Shown: positions 49,395 to 57,590 of the stretch, one piece after another
Layout of the letters: the number at the start of each line of letters is the position of its first letter
How positions within the stretch are numbered: position 1 is the stretch's first letter
NCBI GenBank assembly: GCA_964571795.1
Contig: CAZNDK010000004.1
Location: 64,203 to 128,202 of the forward strand
DNA length: 64,000 nt
Source: an uncultured Gemmatimonadaceae bacterium
Lineage (GTDB): Bacteria; Gemmatimonadota; Gemmatimonadetes; Gemmatimonadales; GWC2-71-9
Reading direction: 5' to 3'
The notes under the pieces: model-generated
Seen by the model: the letters and a program-made list of their open reading frames with translations, nothing else
Database searches by the model: none
What the model was told of the DNA's origin: nothing
Made by a program: the position numbers and the translations under genes

Positions 49395-49907
49395 TCAGCC
49401 GCGACGGCCCCGGCCGCCGCGGTCGTCGTCCCGCGGACGGGACTTGGCGCGCTCGGCCGCGGCCTCCGTCGCCTGGCGCAGCATCTTTTCCGGCGGCATC
49501 GGATTGGCGCCGGGCCGCGCCGGGCCGGCCTTCAGGGTGATTTCCCCTTCGGCGTTGCCCACCGTGAGCGGACGCCCGCCGCGCACTTCATACGCGCCCA
49601 CGACTTCCTCGCTCATGAACGCGGCATTCTTGATCCGCTCGACCAGCGCTTCACGGGTCGGCAGGCCCTCGCAGGACGAGAACGCCACGCCGCTCGCCGC
49701 GTTGACGCGGATGACGACCGCGTACTTGGCTCCCGCCAGGTCCTTCTTCGACCGGAGCTCCGTGCCGGCGGCCTCGCGCGCCCAGCGCAACGCCTCCTGC
49801 TCCTGAGAGCTCAGCCCTTCGGCCGCGCTCGCCGCGGCCCCACCACGCTTCCCCTGCCCCCCTCGGTTCTGCCGCAACCGCTGCAGATACATCGGTTCGT
49901 CGCTCAC
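49395..49907 (-). CDS. Hypothetical cytoplasmic protein with basic Arg/Gly termini
   Basis: GTG start after AGGGAGG RBS; GC3-biased codons; ends immediately before the ligase start. Confidence 0.72.
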   Translation of the reverse strand: MSDEPMYLQRLRQNRGGQGKRGGAAASAAEGLSSQEQEALRWAREAAGTELRSKKDLAGAKYAVVIRVNAASGVAFSSCEGLPTREALVERIKNAAFMSEEVVGAYEVRGGRPLTVGNAEGEITLKAGPARPGANPMPPEKMLRQATEAAAERAKSRPRDDDRGGRGRRG

Positions 49908-50119
49908 CCTGCCCTCCCTGCGCCTGATTGAGTGCTTTCCAGTGGCGGCAGGATAAGCTGTTACCCCAAGAGATACAAGGACTTGCAAGCCGGGTCCGGG
50001 GACCGGATTCGCCCCGAACGACCCCCGAGCTGTAGAAGCCCCGCCGCGACAGCCGTTGCACATCGCCGCAATTTATTGACATAGCAATTTGCAGAGCATT
50101 GGAATTAAAGGAGTTATGG

Positions 50120-50136
50120 CTGGCCTAAGTGTTGCT
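50120..50136 (+). promoter_or_regulatory. Sigma54 (-24/-12) promoter
   Basis: CTGGCCTAAGTGTTGCT: GG-N10-GC with TTGC, ~58 nt upstream of ATG 50194, in an AT-rich region. Confidence 0.65.
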
Positions 50137-50193
50137 TGTATTGACGGTTGGGCAAAAAGGTGATGGCGCCCGCTGGTTCACCTTGGGGGCAGC

Positions 50194-52005
50194 ATGTACC
50201 GCATCCGACTCGCATCCGGACAGGAGCAGGTCTACCGCTCGATCCAGGAACTCACCGCCGGTGTCCAGCGCGGCGAGGTCACGGCCGAGTCGGAGATCTA
50301 TCACCAGCGCACGGAGCGCTGGCTTTCCATCGAGAGCCATCCGCACTACCGGATGGCGGTCGAGGGCGGTACCGCCACGCGCCAGTCGCGCCTCAAGTTC
50401 ACCCGTCCCTCCAGCCCCATCACGAACTCCGGAGTGCGGCCGACGCCGCCCGCCGCTGAGCGCCCCGACCAGGGCGACCTCGAGGAGCTCAACCGGCTCC
50501 TCGTCCTGCTCGATCCGCTCCCGACGCCGGCGCAGCGCGCCGAGCCGCCGGCGCCGCCCGTGCAGTCCCCGCCCGACCTCGCGCTTGTACGCCCGGAGCC
50601 GATCCCGCCGTCGATGTCGTCCGACGACCCGCAGCCTTCGTTCGGCACGATGCTTCGGCTGGAGGATCTCGAGCTGGCGCCGAAGGCCGTTCCGCCTGCC
50701 CCGATCGCTCCGCCCGTCGTGGAGATCATTCGCGACGAACGGCCGATCCAAGAGGAACTTGAGGCCTCGGCAGCGGAACCGCCCGCGGTCGAGCCCTTGG
50801 CCGCCCTTTCGGACGTGGCGCCGAGCGACCTTGGCCTCCCCGTCGAGATCCATCTCGACGAGATCCCCGTGCCCGTCGAACTGGAGCCGCTCGCGATCGA
50901 GGAGTCGTTCCCAGCCCCGGAAGCCGCCCCGAAGGCGGAGCCGGCCCCGGTCCCGTTCGCCCAGGTCTCGTTCGCCCCGGTCGTCGCCGAGGCCGCGCCG
51001 GTGGCGTTCGTGTCCGCGCCAACGCACACGGTCGCCGAGGACAGCCAGCCGGCGGCGCGATCCCCGCGTCCCCGTCGACCGATGCTCTTCGTGGCGGTCG
51101 CCGCCATCCTCGCGCTCGCGGTCTTCGCCTTCACCGGCGGCAGCAACGATCCCGAACAGAGCATCGTGACCCTCGCCTCGGCCACCGCGCCGAACGGCGT
51201 GGCGGCGCCCACAACGGCGGACTCCGCGCCCGCCAGCTCGGGCCCGGGCGTCGGCTTCCCGCTCCCCGCGCCAGGTTCGGCGAACAAGGGGACCACGACG
51301 GATCCTCGGACCGCGGCGGTCAAGGACAGCCTTCCGCCCGCGGCCGTCCTCCCCAGCGCGCCGACCATCGACCTCCGGTCCTCGGGCACGGAGATGGTGG
51401 ATGCCGGGGCCGCTGCTCCACGTGCCGATGCAGGCAGCGGTGCCGCCCTCGCGCGCGGCTACGCGCGGTCGTACGCCGCACTCGAGTCGGATTTCACCGC
51501 CCAGATGGACCGGACCGGACTGGTCCGGCTCTTCAGCCAGACCCAGCTCACCACTGCCGACGGCCTCTCGGGCGCCCGCCGGGCGCTGGACGCTGCGGCC
51601 GCGGCGGTCCGCCAGTACCACGCGAAGGAAACGACCATCGAACGCGCCTACCAGGACTCCGCCCGGGCGCTCGAGCGCAATGGCGCCTCCGCCGCGGACC
51701 TGCGGGACTGGATGACGCATGCGTCGCTGAAGGAATCGCAGGAGGCGGCCGGCGAGAGCGCGCGCCTCATCGGCCAGATTGACGCCGTCTTCGCCCTGCT
51801 GCAGTCGCAGTCCGGCCGCTACCGCGTCGAAGGCTCCACCATCAAGTTCGACGATTCGAACGCGGCCGCCCGCTACGCCGACCTGCAGAGCTGGATTACC
51901 CGGCGGCTCGAGCACTGGGCGGGCCAGCCCACCTCCGCCGTGCCCAACACCGTGGAACCGCTCCTCGAGGGAATCGGGCTCACCCGACTTCCCACTTCCC
52001 GCTGA
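50194..52005 (+). CDS. Single-pass membrane hypothetical protein (small N-terminal GYF-like domain, Pro/Glu-rich linker, TM, periplasmic helical domain)
   Basis: ELTAGVQRGEVTAESEIY..RW pattern; TM MLFVAVAAILALAVFAF. Confidence 0.8.
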   Translation: MYRIRLASGQEQVYRSIQELTAGVQRGEVTAESEIYHQRTERWLSIESHPHYRMAVEGGTATRQSRLKFTRPSSPITNSGVRPTPPAAERPDQGDLEELNRLLVLLDPLPTPAQRAEPPAPPVQSPPDLALVRPEPIPPSMSSDDPQPSFGTMLRLEDLELAPKAVPPAPIAPPVVEIIRDERPIQEELEASAAEPPAVEPLAALSDVAPSDLGLPVEIHLDEIPVPVELEPLAIEESFPAPEAAPKAEPAPVPFAQVSFAPVVAEAAPVAFVSAPTHTVAEDSQPAARSPRPRRPMLFVAVAAILALAVFAFTGGSNDPEQSIVTLASATAPNGVAAPTTADSAPASSGPGVGFPLPAPGSANKGTTTDPRTAAVKDSLPPAAVLPSAPTIDLRSSGTEMVDAGAAAPRADAGSGAALARGYARSYAALESDFTAQMDRTGLVRLFSQTQLTTADGLSGARRALDAAAAAVRQYHAKETTIERAYQDSARALERNGASAADLRDWMTHASLKESQEAAGESARLIGQIDAVFALLQSQSGRYRVEGSTIKFDDSNAAARYADLQSWITRRLEHWAGQPTSAVPNTVEPLLEGIGLTRLPTSR

Positions 52006-52082
52006 CGTGACGGCCGCCTCCGGGCGGCCGCTTCACTTCCACCCCCAGTCTTGCGCGATGCTCCTCGAAGCGCTTTTATAGA

Positions 52083-52103
52083 GGGTTACGATTCGCGTAA
52101 CCC
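52083..52103 (+). promoter_or_regulatory. 5'-leader hairpin
   Basis: GGGTTACG-ATTCG-CGTAACCC just upstream of GAGGAG RBS. Confidence 0.45.
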
Positions 52104-52119
52104 GTTCGAGGAGACTGTG

Positions 52120-53043
52120 ATGCGCATCACCTTCCGCCCCCGCGTGGTGGGATTCCTGGCCCTGGCGACCCTGGCGCTCGGTGCCTGCATGTCACCCGCT
52201 GAAAAGCAGAAGCAGCAAGAGGCACTCCAGGCCCAATTGGATCAGGTCACGGCGCTTTCGGCCGAGAAGGACACGCTGCTGCAGGCGGTCGCGGAGAACG
52301 CGCGCCTCATGAACGAAATCAACACCGAGATGGCCAAGGTGAAGGACCTCAAGGCCGGCGTCGCCCCGGTGGTCGGGGCCGAGGGTGGCCAGCAGCCGGT
52401 CGCGGACCAGCGCGCCATCATCCTGGCCCGGGTCAAGGAAATGACCGAGCGCCTGAACGACGCCGAAAAGCGGCTCGGCGCCAGCCAGGCGCGGATCCGC
52501 CGCCTCAGCAAGCAGTCGGACAGCCTGAAGGCCGACCTCGGCTCGCTCGAAACGACCGTCGCCGAGTACCAGCAGATGATCGCGACCCAGCGGGTCGAGA
52601 TCGCCACCATGAGCGAGCAGCTTGCCACCACGCAGGCGGAAGTGGCCACGCTCTCGGTGGAGAAGGCGGCGCTGATCGACACCGTCACCGCCATCACCGA
52701 CCGCAGCAACATGGTCTACTACGTGATCGGGACGAAGGACTCGCTGAAGGCCAAGGGGATCATCGTCGAGGAGGGCGGATCCAAGGTGCTGTTCTTCGGC
52801 AGCCACGCCCTGCAGCCGGCGCGGGTGCTGAACGAGGCCGACTTCACCGCCGTCGACCGGCGCGTGGTGATGGAAATCCCGTCGCCGATGACGACGCAGC
52901 GCTACAAGATCGTGTCGCGCCAGAACACCGACTACGCCGAGAACAAGCCCGACTCCAAGGGGCGCGTGACAGGCGGGGTCAAGATCGCCTCTCCCGAGGG
53001 GTTCTGGGCGCCGTCGAAGTTCCTGATCCTCGTCGTCGACTGA
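52120..53043 (+). CDS. Coiled-coil lipoprotein (resembles Bacteroidota Cbp1-like family)
   Basis: LGAC lipobox; long heptad region; C-terminal YYVIGTKDSLKAKGII..GG and PEGFW..SKFLI. Confidence 0.8.
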   Translation: MRITFRPRVVGFLALATLALGACMSPAEKQKQQEALQAQLDQVTALSAEKDTLLQAVAENARLMNEINTEMAKVKDLKAGVAPVVGAEGGQQPVADQRAIILARVKEMTERLNDAEKRLGASQARIRRLSKQSDSLKADLGSLETTVAEYQQMIATQRVEIATMSEQLATTQAEVATLSVEKAALIDTVTAITDRSNMVYYVIGTKDSLKAKGIIVEEGGSKVLFFGSHALQPARVLNEADFTAVDRRVVMEIPSPMTTQRYKIVSRQNTDYAENKPDSKGRVTGGVKIASPEGFWAPSKFLILVVD

Positions 53044-53066
53044 ACTCGGCGGGGTGAGCAGGTGGG

Positions 53067-53092
53067 CGGGGCGCGGAGCGATCCGCGCCCCG
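53067..53092. terminator. Intrinsic terminator between convergent genes
   Basis: CGGGGCGCGGA-GCGA-TCCGCGCCCCG followed by TTTCCGTT. Confidence 0.75.
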
Positions 53093-53100
53093 TTTCCGTT

Positions 53101-53871
53101 CTATCGTTCGAGGAGCAGGCGCCGCCGCTTCGGCGCGGGCCGCACCCTGGGCAGCCCCGCCACCCCTCGCTCGATCGCCGCCACCGCCTCGTCCACCGAA
53201 TCCGTCACCGTCAGGATCTCGAGGTCCTTCGGGTCCACCATGCCCCTGGCGGCGAGCGTGTCGCGCAGGAAGGCGAGGAGCGGGGCCCAGTAGGCGGTGC
53301 CCATCAGGACGATGGGGAACGCGGCGATCTTGCCGGTCTGCACCAGGGTGGCCGCCTCGAACAACTCGTCGAGCGTGCCGAACCCGCCCGGCATGACGAC
53401 GAACGCGACGCTGTACTTGACCAGCATCACCTTGCGGACGAAGAAGTACCGGAACGTGACGAATCGGTCGAGGTACGGGTTGGGGCGCTGCTCATGCGGC
53501 AACTCGATGTTGCAGCCGATGGAGCGGCCGCCCGCCTCGTGGGCCCCCCGATTGGCGGCCTCCATGATGCCGGGGCCCCCGCCCGTCATCACCGTGAACC
53601 CCAGCCCTGCCATCCGCGCCCCCACCGACCGAGCCAGCGTGTAGTGCGGGTCGTCCTCCGCCACCCGGGCCGATCCGAACACCGTCACGCAGGGCCCCAG
53701 GAAGTGCAGGGCCCGGAAGCCCCGGAGGAACTCGGCGAAGATGCGGCCCAGCCGCGCCAGTTCGCTCCTGCGGGACCGGGGGCCACCCAGCCAGTCGCGA
53801 ATGTCTTCCGGGCCGGGGCCGGAGCCCCAGGGGTCGGGCTGGCGGCGTGGTGCGTCGGTGGTTTCGGTCAT
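53101..53871 (-). CDS. LOG-family nucleotide phosphoribohydrolase (TIGR00730)
   Basis: VTVFGSAR, TGGGPGIMEA, FFVRK, PGGFGTLDE. Confidence 0.92.
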   Translation of the reverse strand: MTETTDAPRRQPDPWGSGPGPEDIRDWLGGPRSRRSELARLGRIFAEFLRGFRALHFLGPCVTVFGSARVAEDDPHYTLARSVGARMAGLGFTVMTGGGPGIMEAANRGAHEAGGRSIGCNIELPHEQRPNPYLDRFVTFRYFFVRKVMLVKYSVAFVVMPGGFGTLDELFEAATLVQTGKIAAFPIVLMGTAYWAPLLAFLRDTLAARGMVDPKDLEILTVTDSVDEAVAAIERGVAGLPRVRPAPKRRRLLLER

Positions 53872-54008
53872 GCCGGAATCTCCCCGACGCCCGGGCCGGG
53901 CGCAAACCCGGCCCCCTGCAGTCGGCCGTCCTCCCGGTGTATCTTGTGGCCCGGCAGCACGGCCCGCCGAGTGGGCCGGGACACTCCAACGCAGGGATTG
54001 CAGAGCTC

Positions 54009-54566
54009 ATGAAGGCCACCGACGTCCGCAAGGGACATGTCATCTTGATCGAGGGGCAGCCGTGCCGCGTGATGGACTTCACGCACCGCACCCCCGGTAA
54101 CCTCCGTGCCTTCGTCCAGGTGCGGTTTCGGAACCTGATCTCGGGCAACACGTTCGACACCCGGCTCAACGCGTCCGACTTCGTGGACCAGGCCCGGCTC
54201 GATACCAAGGAAATGCAGGTGCTCTACCAGGACGGCCAGGGCACCCACGTCATGGACCAGGACACCTACGACCAGGTCACGCTCAACGAGGAGATCACCG
54301 GCGACCTGACTCCATGGCTCCAGCCCGAAATGAAGTTCATGGTCGAGTGGCTGGGCGGGAAGCCGATCGCGATCAACCTTCCGAGCACCATCGAGCTGGA
54401 GGTGGTGGAGACCGCCCCGATCATGAAGACCGCTACCAAGACGGCCAGCACCAAGCCGGCCCTGCTGAGCAATGGCGTCACGATCAACGTGCCCGAGTTC
54501 GTCAACCAGGGCGAAAAGGTCCGGGTCAATCCGAACACCGGCGATTACCTCGAGCGCGTCAAGTAA
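54009..54566 (+). CDS. efp: Elongation factor P family protein (PGN-tip type)
   Basis: ATDVRKG, H.TPGNLRAF loop, KPALL.NG..I.VPEFV..GEKVRV...G.YLER. Confidence 0.9.
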   Translation: MKATDVRKGHVILIEGQPCRVMDFTHRTPGNLRAFVQVRFRNLISGNTFDTRLNASDFVDQARLDTKEMQVLYQDGQGTHVMDQDTYDQVTLNEEITGDLTPWLQPEMKFMVEWLGGKPIAINLPSTIELEVVETAPIMKTATKTASTKPALLSNGVTINVPEFVNQGEKVRVNPNTGDYLERVK

Positions 54567-54590
54567 GCCGCTCCGCCGCCGGCGCCATTC

Positions 54591-54618
54591 AAGGCCTCGC
54601 ACCCCGGTGCGGGGCCTT
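54591..54618 (+). terminator. Hairpin terminator after efp
   Basis: AAGGCCTCGCACC...GGTGCGGGGCCTT followed by CTATCTT. Confidence 0.65.
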
Positions 54619-54707
54619 CTATCTTGCAGGACCCATCCCTCCCCATGTTCGAGATTCCGCATGACACCCACGAGCATCGCCCCTTGCTCCCGCACCGTTC
54701 GGCGCCA

Positions 54708-55517
54708 ATGCATCGCGCGGTGATCCTGGCGCGGGGACTCGGGAGCCGGATGCGGCGGGCCGATTCCGCCGCGTCGCTGGATGCGGACCAGGAGGCCGCC
54801 GCCGCCGAGGGGCTCAAGGGGATGATGCCGATCGGGCGCCCCTTCCTCGACTACCTGCTCTCCTCGCTCGCTGACGCGGGATTCGACGAGGCGTGCCTCG
54901 TCATCGGTCCCGAGCACCACTCGGTGCGCAGGTATTACGAGACCCCGGGCCGATTGTCGCGTATCGCCGTGTCCTTCGCCGTGCAGGAGGAGGCCCGTGG
55001 CACGGCCGACGCCGTGCGCGCGGCGGAGTACTACGCCGGCGGTCAGCCCTTCCTGGTCTGCAACGCCGACAACTATTACCCGTCGCCGGTCCTCGCGGCG
55101 CTGCGCGCGCTGACGGAGCCCGGCCTGGCCGGCTTCGCGCCCGGGGCGCTCGTCGGGCTGAGCAACATCCCCGCGAGCCGGGTGTCGCAATTCGCCCTCC
55201 TGGCGGAGACCGCGGACGGGTATCTCGCCGACATCGTCGAGAAGCCGGATGCCGCCGCCGTGTCCCGGCTCGGCCCCCGCGCACGCGTCAGCATGAACGC
55301 CTGGGCCTTCTGGCCGGACATCTTCGAGGCCTGCCGCCACGTGACGCTCTCGGCGCGGGGCGAACTCGAACTGCAGGACGCGGTGCGCTATGCCATCCGC
55401 GCGCTCGGAACCCGGTTTCGCGTGGTCCCCGTCGAGGCCGGGGTGCTCGACCTCTCCAACCGGGGCGACGTCGCGACGGTGGCCGAGCACCTGGCCGGGA
55501 TCGAGGTCAGGCTCTGA
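54708..55517 (+). CDS. Sugar-1-phosphate nucleotidyltransferase family protein
   Basis: AVILARGLGSRM, LK, QEEARGTADAV, NADN, EKP, SARGELEL; alternative in-frame ATG at 54645. Confidence 0.85.
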   Translation: MHRAVILARGLGSRMRRADSAASLDADQEAAAAEGLKGMMPIGRPFLDYLLSSLADAGFDEACLVIGPEHHSVRRYYETPGRLSRIAVSFAVQEEARGTADAVRAAEYYAGGQPFLVCNADNYYPSPVLAALRALTEPGLAGFAPGALVGLSNIPASRVSQFALLAETADGYLADIVEKPDAAAVSRLGPRARVSMNAWAFWPDIFEACRHVTLSARGELELQDAVRYAIRALGTRFRVVPVEAGVLDLSNRGDVATVAEHLAGIEVRL

Positions 55518-56791
55518 GCGGAAACGACCTCCGGGAAACGGTGTCCGACGCGCTGGGGGGCGACGCCCGCGCCGTCGCGCTCTGGCACGTCCCCGGCCGG
55601 GTGGAGCTGCTGGGCAAGCACACCGACTACGCCGGCGGCCGGAGCCTCCTCGCGGCGCTGGAGCGCGGACTGGTCGTCGGCATGGTGCCGCGGTCCGATT
55701 CCCTCGTCACCTTCCTGGACACCTCGAGCGGTGCGCGCGCCGAGTTTCCGCTCGATCCGGGGCTCGTGCCGCTCAGCGGACGCTGGGCCGGCTTCCCGAT
55801 GACGGTGGCTCGCCGGCTCGCGGCGAACTTTCCGGACGCGCGCCGGGGTGCGGACCTCGCACTGGCCAGCGACCTCCCCAGTGCCGCCGGAATGAGCAGT
55901 TCGAGCGCGCTCGTCGTCGGCACCTTCCTGGCCCTGGCCGAAGCCAACCGCCTCTCCGACACCGACACCTGGCGCCGCCACCTCGCCACCCCCGAATCCC
56001 TCGCGGAGTACCTGGGCTGCATCGAGAACGGGCAGAGTTTCGGGCCGCTGGTCGGCGACCGTGGCGTCGGCACGTTCGGCGGCAGCCAGGACCACACCGC
56101 GATCATCTGCTGCCGCGCCGGCCACGTCAGCCAGTTCTCGTTCTGCCCGGTGAGGCACGAGGCGGAGATCGCCTGGCCCGACGACAAGGCGCTCGTGATC
56201 GCGGTGAGCGGGGTTCGGGCCCGCAAGTCCGGCCCCGAACAGGGCGCCTACAACCGGCTGTCGCTCGCCACGCGCAGCATACTCGGGCGGTGGCGCGAGG
56301 CGTCGGGGTCGGCCGCCGCGACCCTTGCCGCAGCTGCCGCCGAGCCCGGCGCGCCGGCAGACATCGCATCCCTGCTCGAACGCGACACTGACCCCGAATT
56401 CCCGCCGGGGTTCCTGGCGGGGAGATTCCGGCAGTTCGCGGCGGAGTCGTTCGAGATCATCCCCGCGGCGGCGGGCGCGCTGGCCCGGGGCGACCTGGCC
56501 GAGTTGGGCGCCCTGGTCGATCGCTCACAGCGTGGCGCCGAGGAGGAGCTGGGAAATCAGGTGCGCGAAACCATCCACCTCGCCCGGCGCGCGCGGGAGC
56601 TGGGCGCCTACGCCGCGTCGGCGTTCGGCGCGGGGTTCGGCGGCAGCGTCTGGGCGATGGTGGAGCGGGGGGGGGCCGAGCACTTTGGACGGCAATGGAT
56701 GGAAGGTTACGCCGCGCTCTTTCCCGCCGCCGGCCGGCATGCGCGGTGGTTCACCGGGCGGCCCTCGGCGGGCGCGAGTCGAATCAGCTAG
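55514..56791 (+). CDS. GHMP-family sugar kinase (galactokinase-like)
   Basis: PGRVELLGKHTDY, PSAAGMSSSSA ATP motif, GAGFGG; start CTG 55514 or GTG 55541. Confidence 0.85.
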   Translation: MSGNDLRETVSDALGGDARAVALWHVPGRVELLGKHTDYAGGRSLLAALERGLVVGMVPRSDSLVTFLDTSSGARAEFPLDPGLVPLSGRWAGFPMTVARRLAANFPDARRGADLALASDLPSAAGMSSSSALVVGTFLALAEANRLSDTDTWRRHLATPESLAEYLGCIENGQSFGPLVGDRGVGTFGGSQDHTAIICCRAGHVSQFSFCPVRHEAEIAWPDDKALVIAVSGVRARKSGPEQGAYNRLSLATRSILGRWREASGSAAATLAAAAAEPGAPADIASLLERDTDPEFPPGFLAGRFRQFAAESFEIIPAAAGALARGDLAELGALVDRSQRGAEEELGNQVRETIHLARRARELGAYAASAFGAGFGGSVWAMVERGGAEHFGRQWMEGYAALFPAAGRHARWFTGRPSAGASRIS

Positions 56792-57458
56792 GCGCGGGCC
56801 CCGCGTTCGCCGCGTCCACCAGCGCACGCACCTCGGCGGGGTCGCGGGCCGTCCGGCTGTGGAGCTCGCGCGCCCCGGTGCGGGCCACCAGCGCCGCGGC
56901 GTTATGGGCGCGGACCGACCCGCCCACAAGCACCACGATCCGGCGCCCCGCATTGCCAACCAGTTCGGCGATCCGTTCGGCTCCCTCCCACGCCGACGCC
57001 GCGCCCCCGGAGGTCAGGACGCGGCTCACCCCGAGCCGCACCAGGCGCTCCAGGGCCGCCGCCTGATCCGCGATTTCATCGAACGCCCGATGGTACGTCA
57101 CGGGCACACCGCCCGCGGCACCGACCACGGCCTCTACGGCCCGCTCGTCCACCACGACGTCCCGTGTCAGCGCGCCGAACACGATCCCGGAGGCCCCGAG
57201 GCGAACGATACGCCGGACCTCGGCCGCCGCGTGATCGAGTTCACCCCCCTCGAGGACAAATCCCCCGGGCCGGGCGCGGACCATGACGACGACGGGGATC
57301 GAGACCCGGTCGAGACACGCCGCAATCAACGCGTCGCTCGGCGTCAACCCGCCCTGCTCGAGCGAGGCACACAGCTCGAGACGCCCCGCGCCACCCTCCT
57401 CGGCGGCGGCGGCCGAGGCCACATCCTCGACGCAGGCTTCGATCAGGACACGCGGCAT
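56784..57458 (-). CDS. cutC: CutC family protein
   Basis: IEAC, RLELC..L..GGLTPS, MVRARPGGF, TYHRAFD, RVLTSGG. Confidence 0.9.
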   Translation of the reverse strand: MPRVLIEACVEDVASAAAAEEGGAGRLELCASLEQGGLTPSDALIAACLDRVSIPVVVMVRARPGGFVLEGGELDHAAAEVRRIVRLGASGIVFGALTRDVVVDERAVEAVVGAAGGVPVTYHRAFDEIADQAAALERLVRLGVSRVLTSGGAASAWEGAERIAELVGNAGRRIVVLVGGSVRAHNAAALVARTGARELHSRTARDPAEVRALVDAANAGPAPS

Positions 57459-57590
57459 AGGGACAAGATCACTCCCCTAGGGGCTCCGCGGGAAGACGCG
57501 GCCGCCCTTCCCTCCCTGCGCCGTGGACTGCATCTTCCGGGGGTCGCCGGCCCCCTGGTCGGCCTGTAGTCCACTTCCTGGAGGCACCCC

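Noticed and set aside
53101..53871. Lysine decarboxylase supplying an EF-P modification (divergent from efp)
   Set aside because: LOG proteins are phosphoribohydrolases historically misannotated as decarboxylases, and this EF-P has no tip Lys
54661..54723. 20-codon upstream ORF overlapping the nucleotidyltransferase start
   Set aside because: No RBS or conservation evidence; in-frame ATGs at 54645 and 54708 explain the gene without a frameshift
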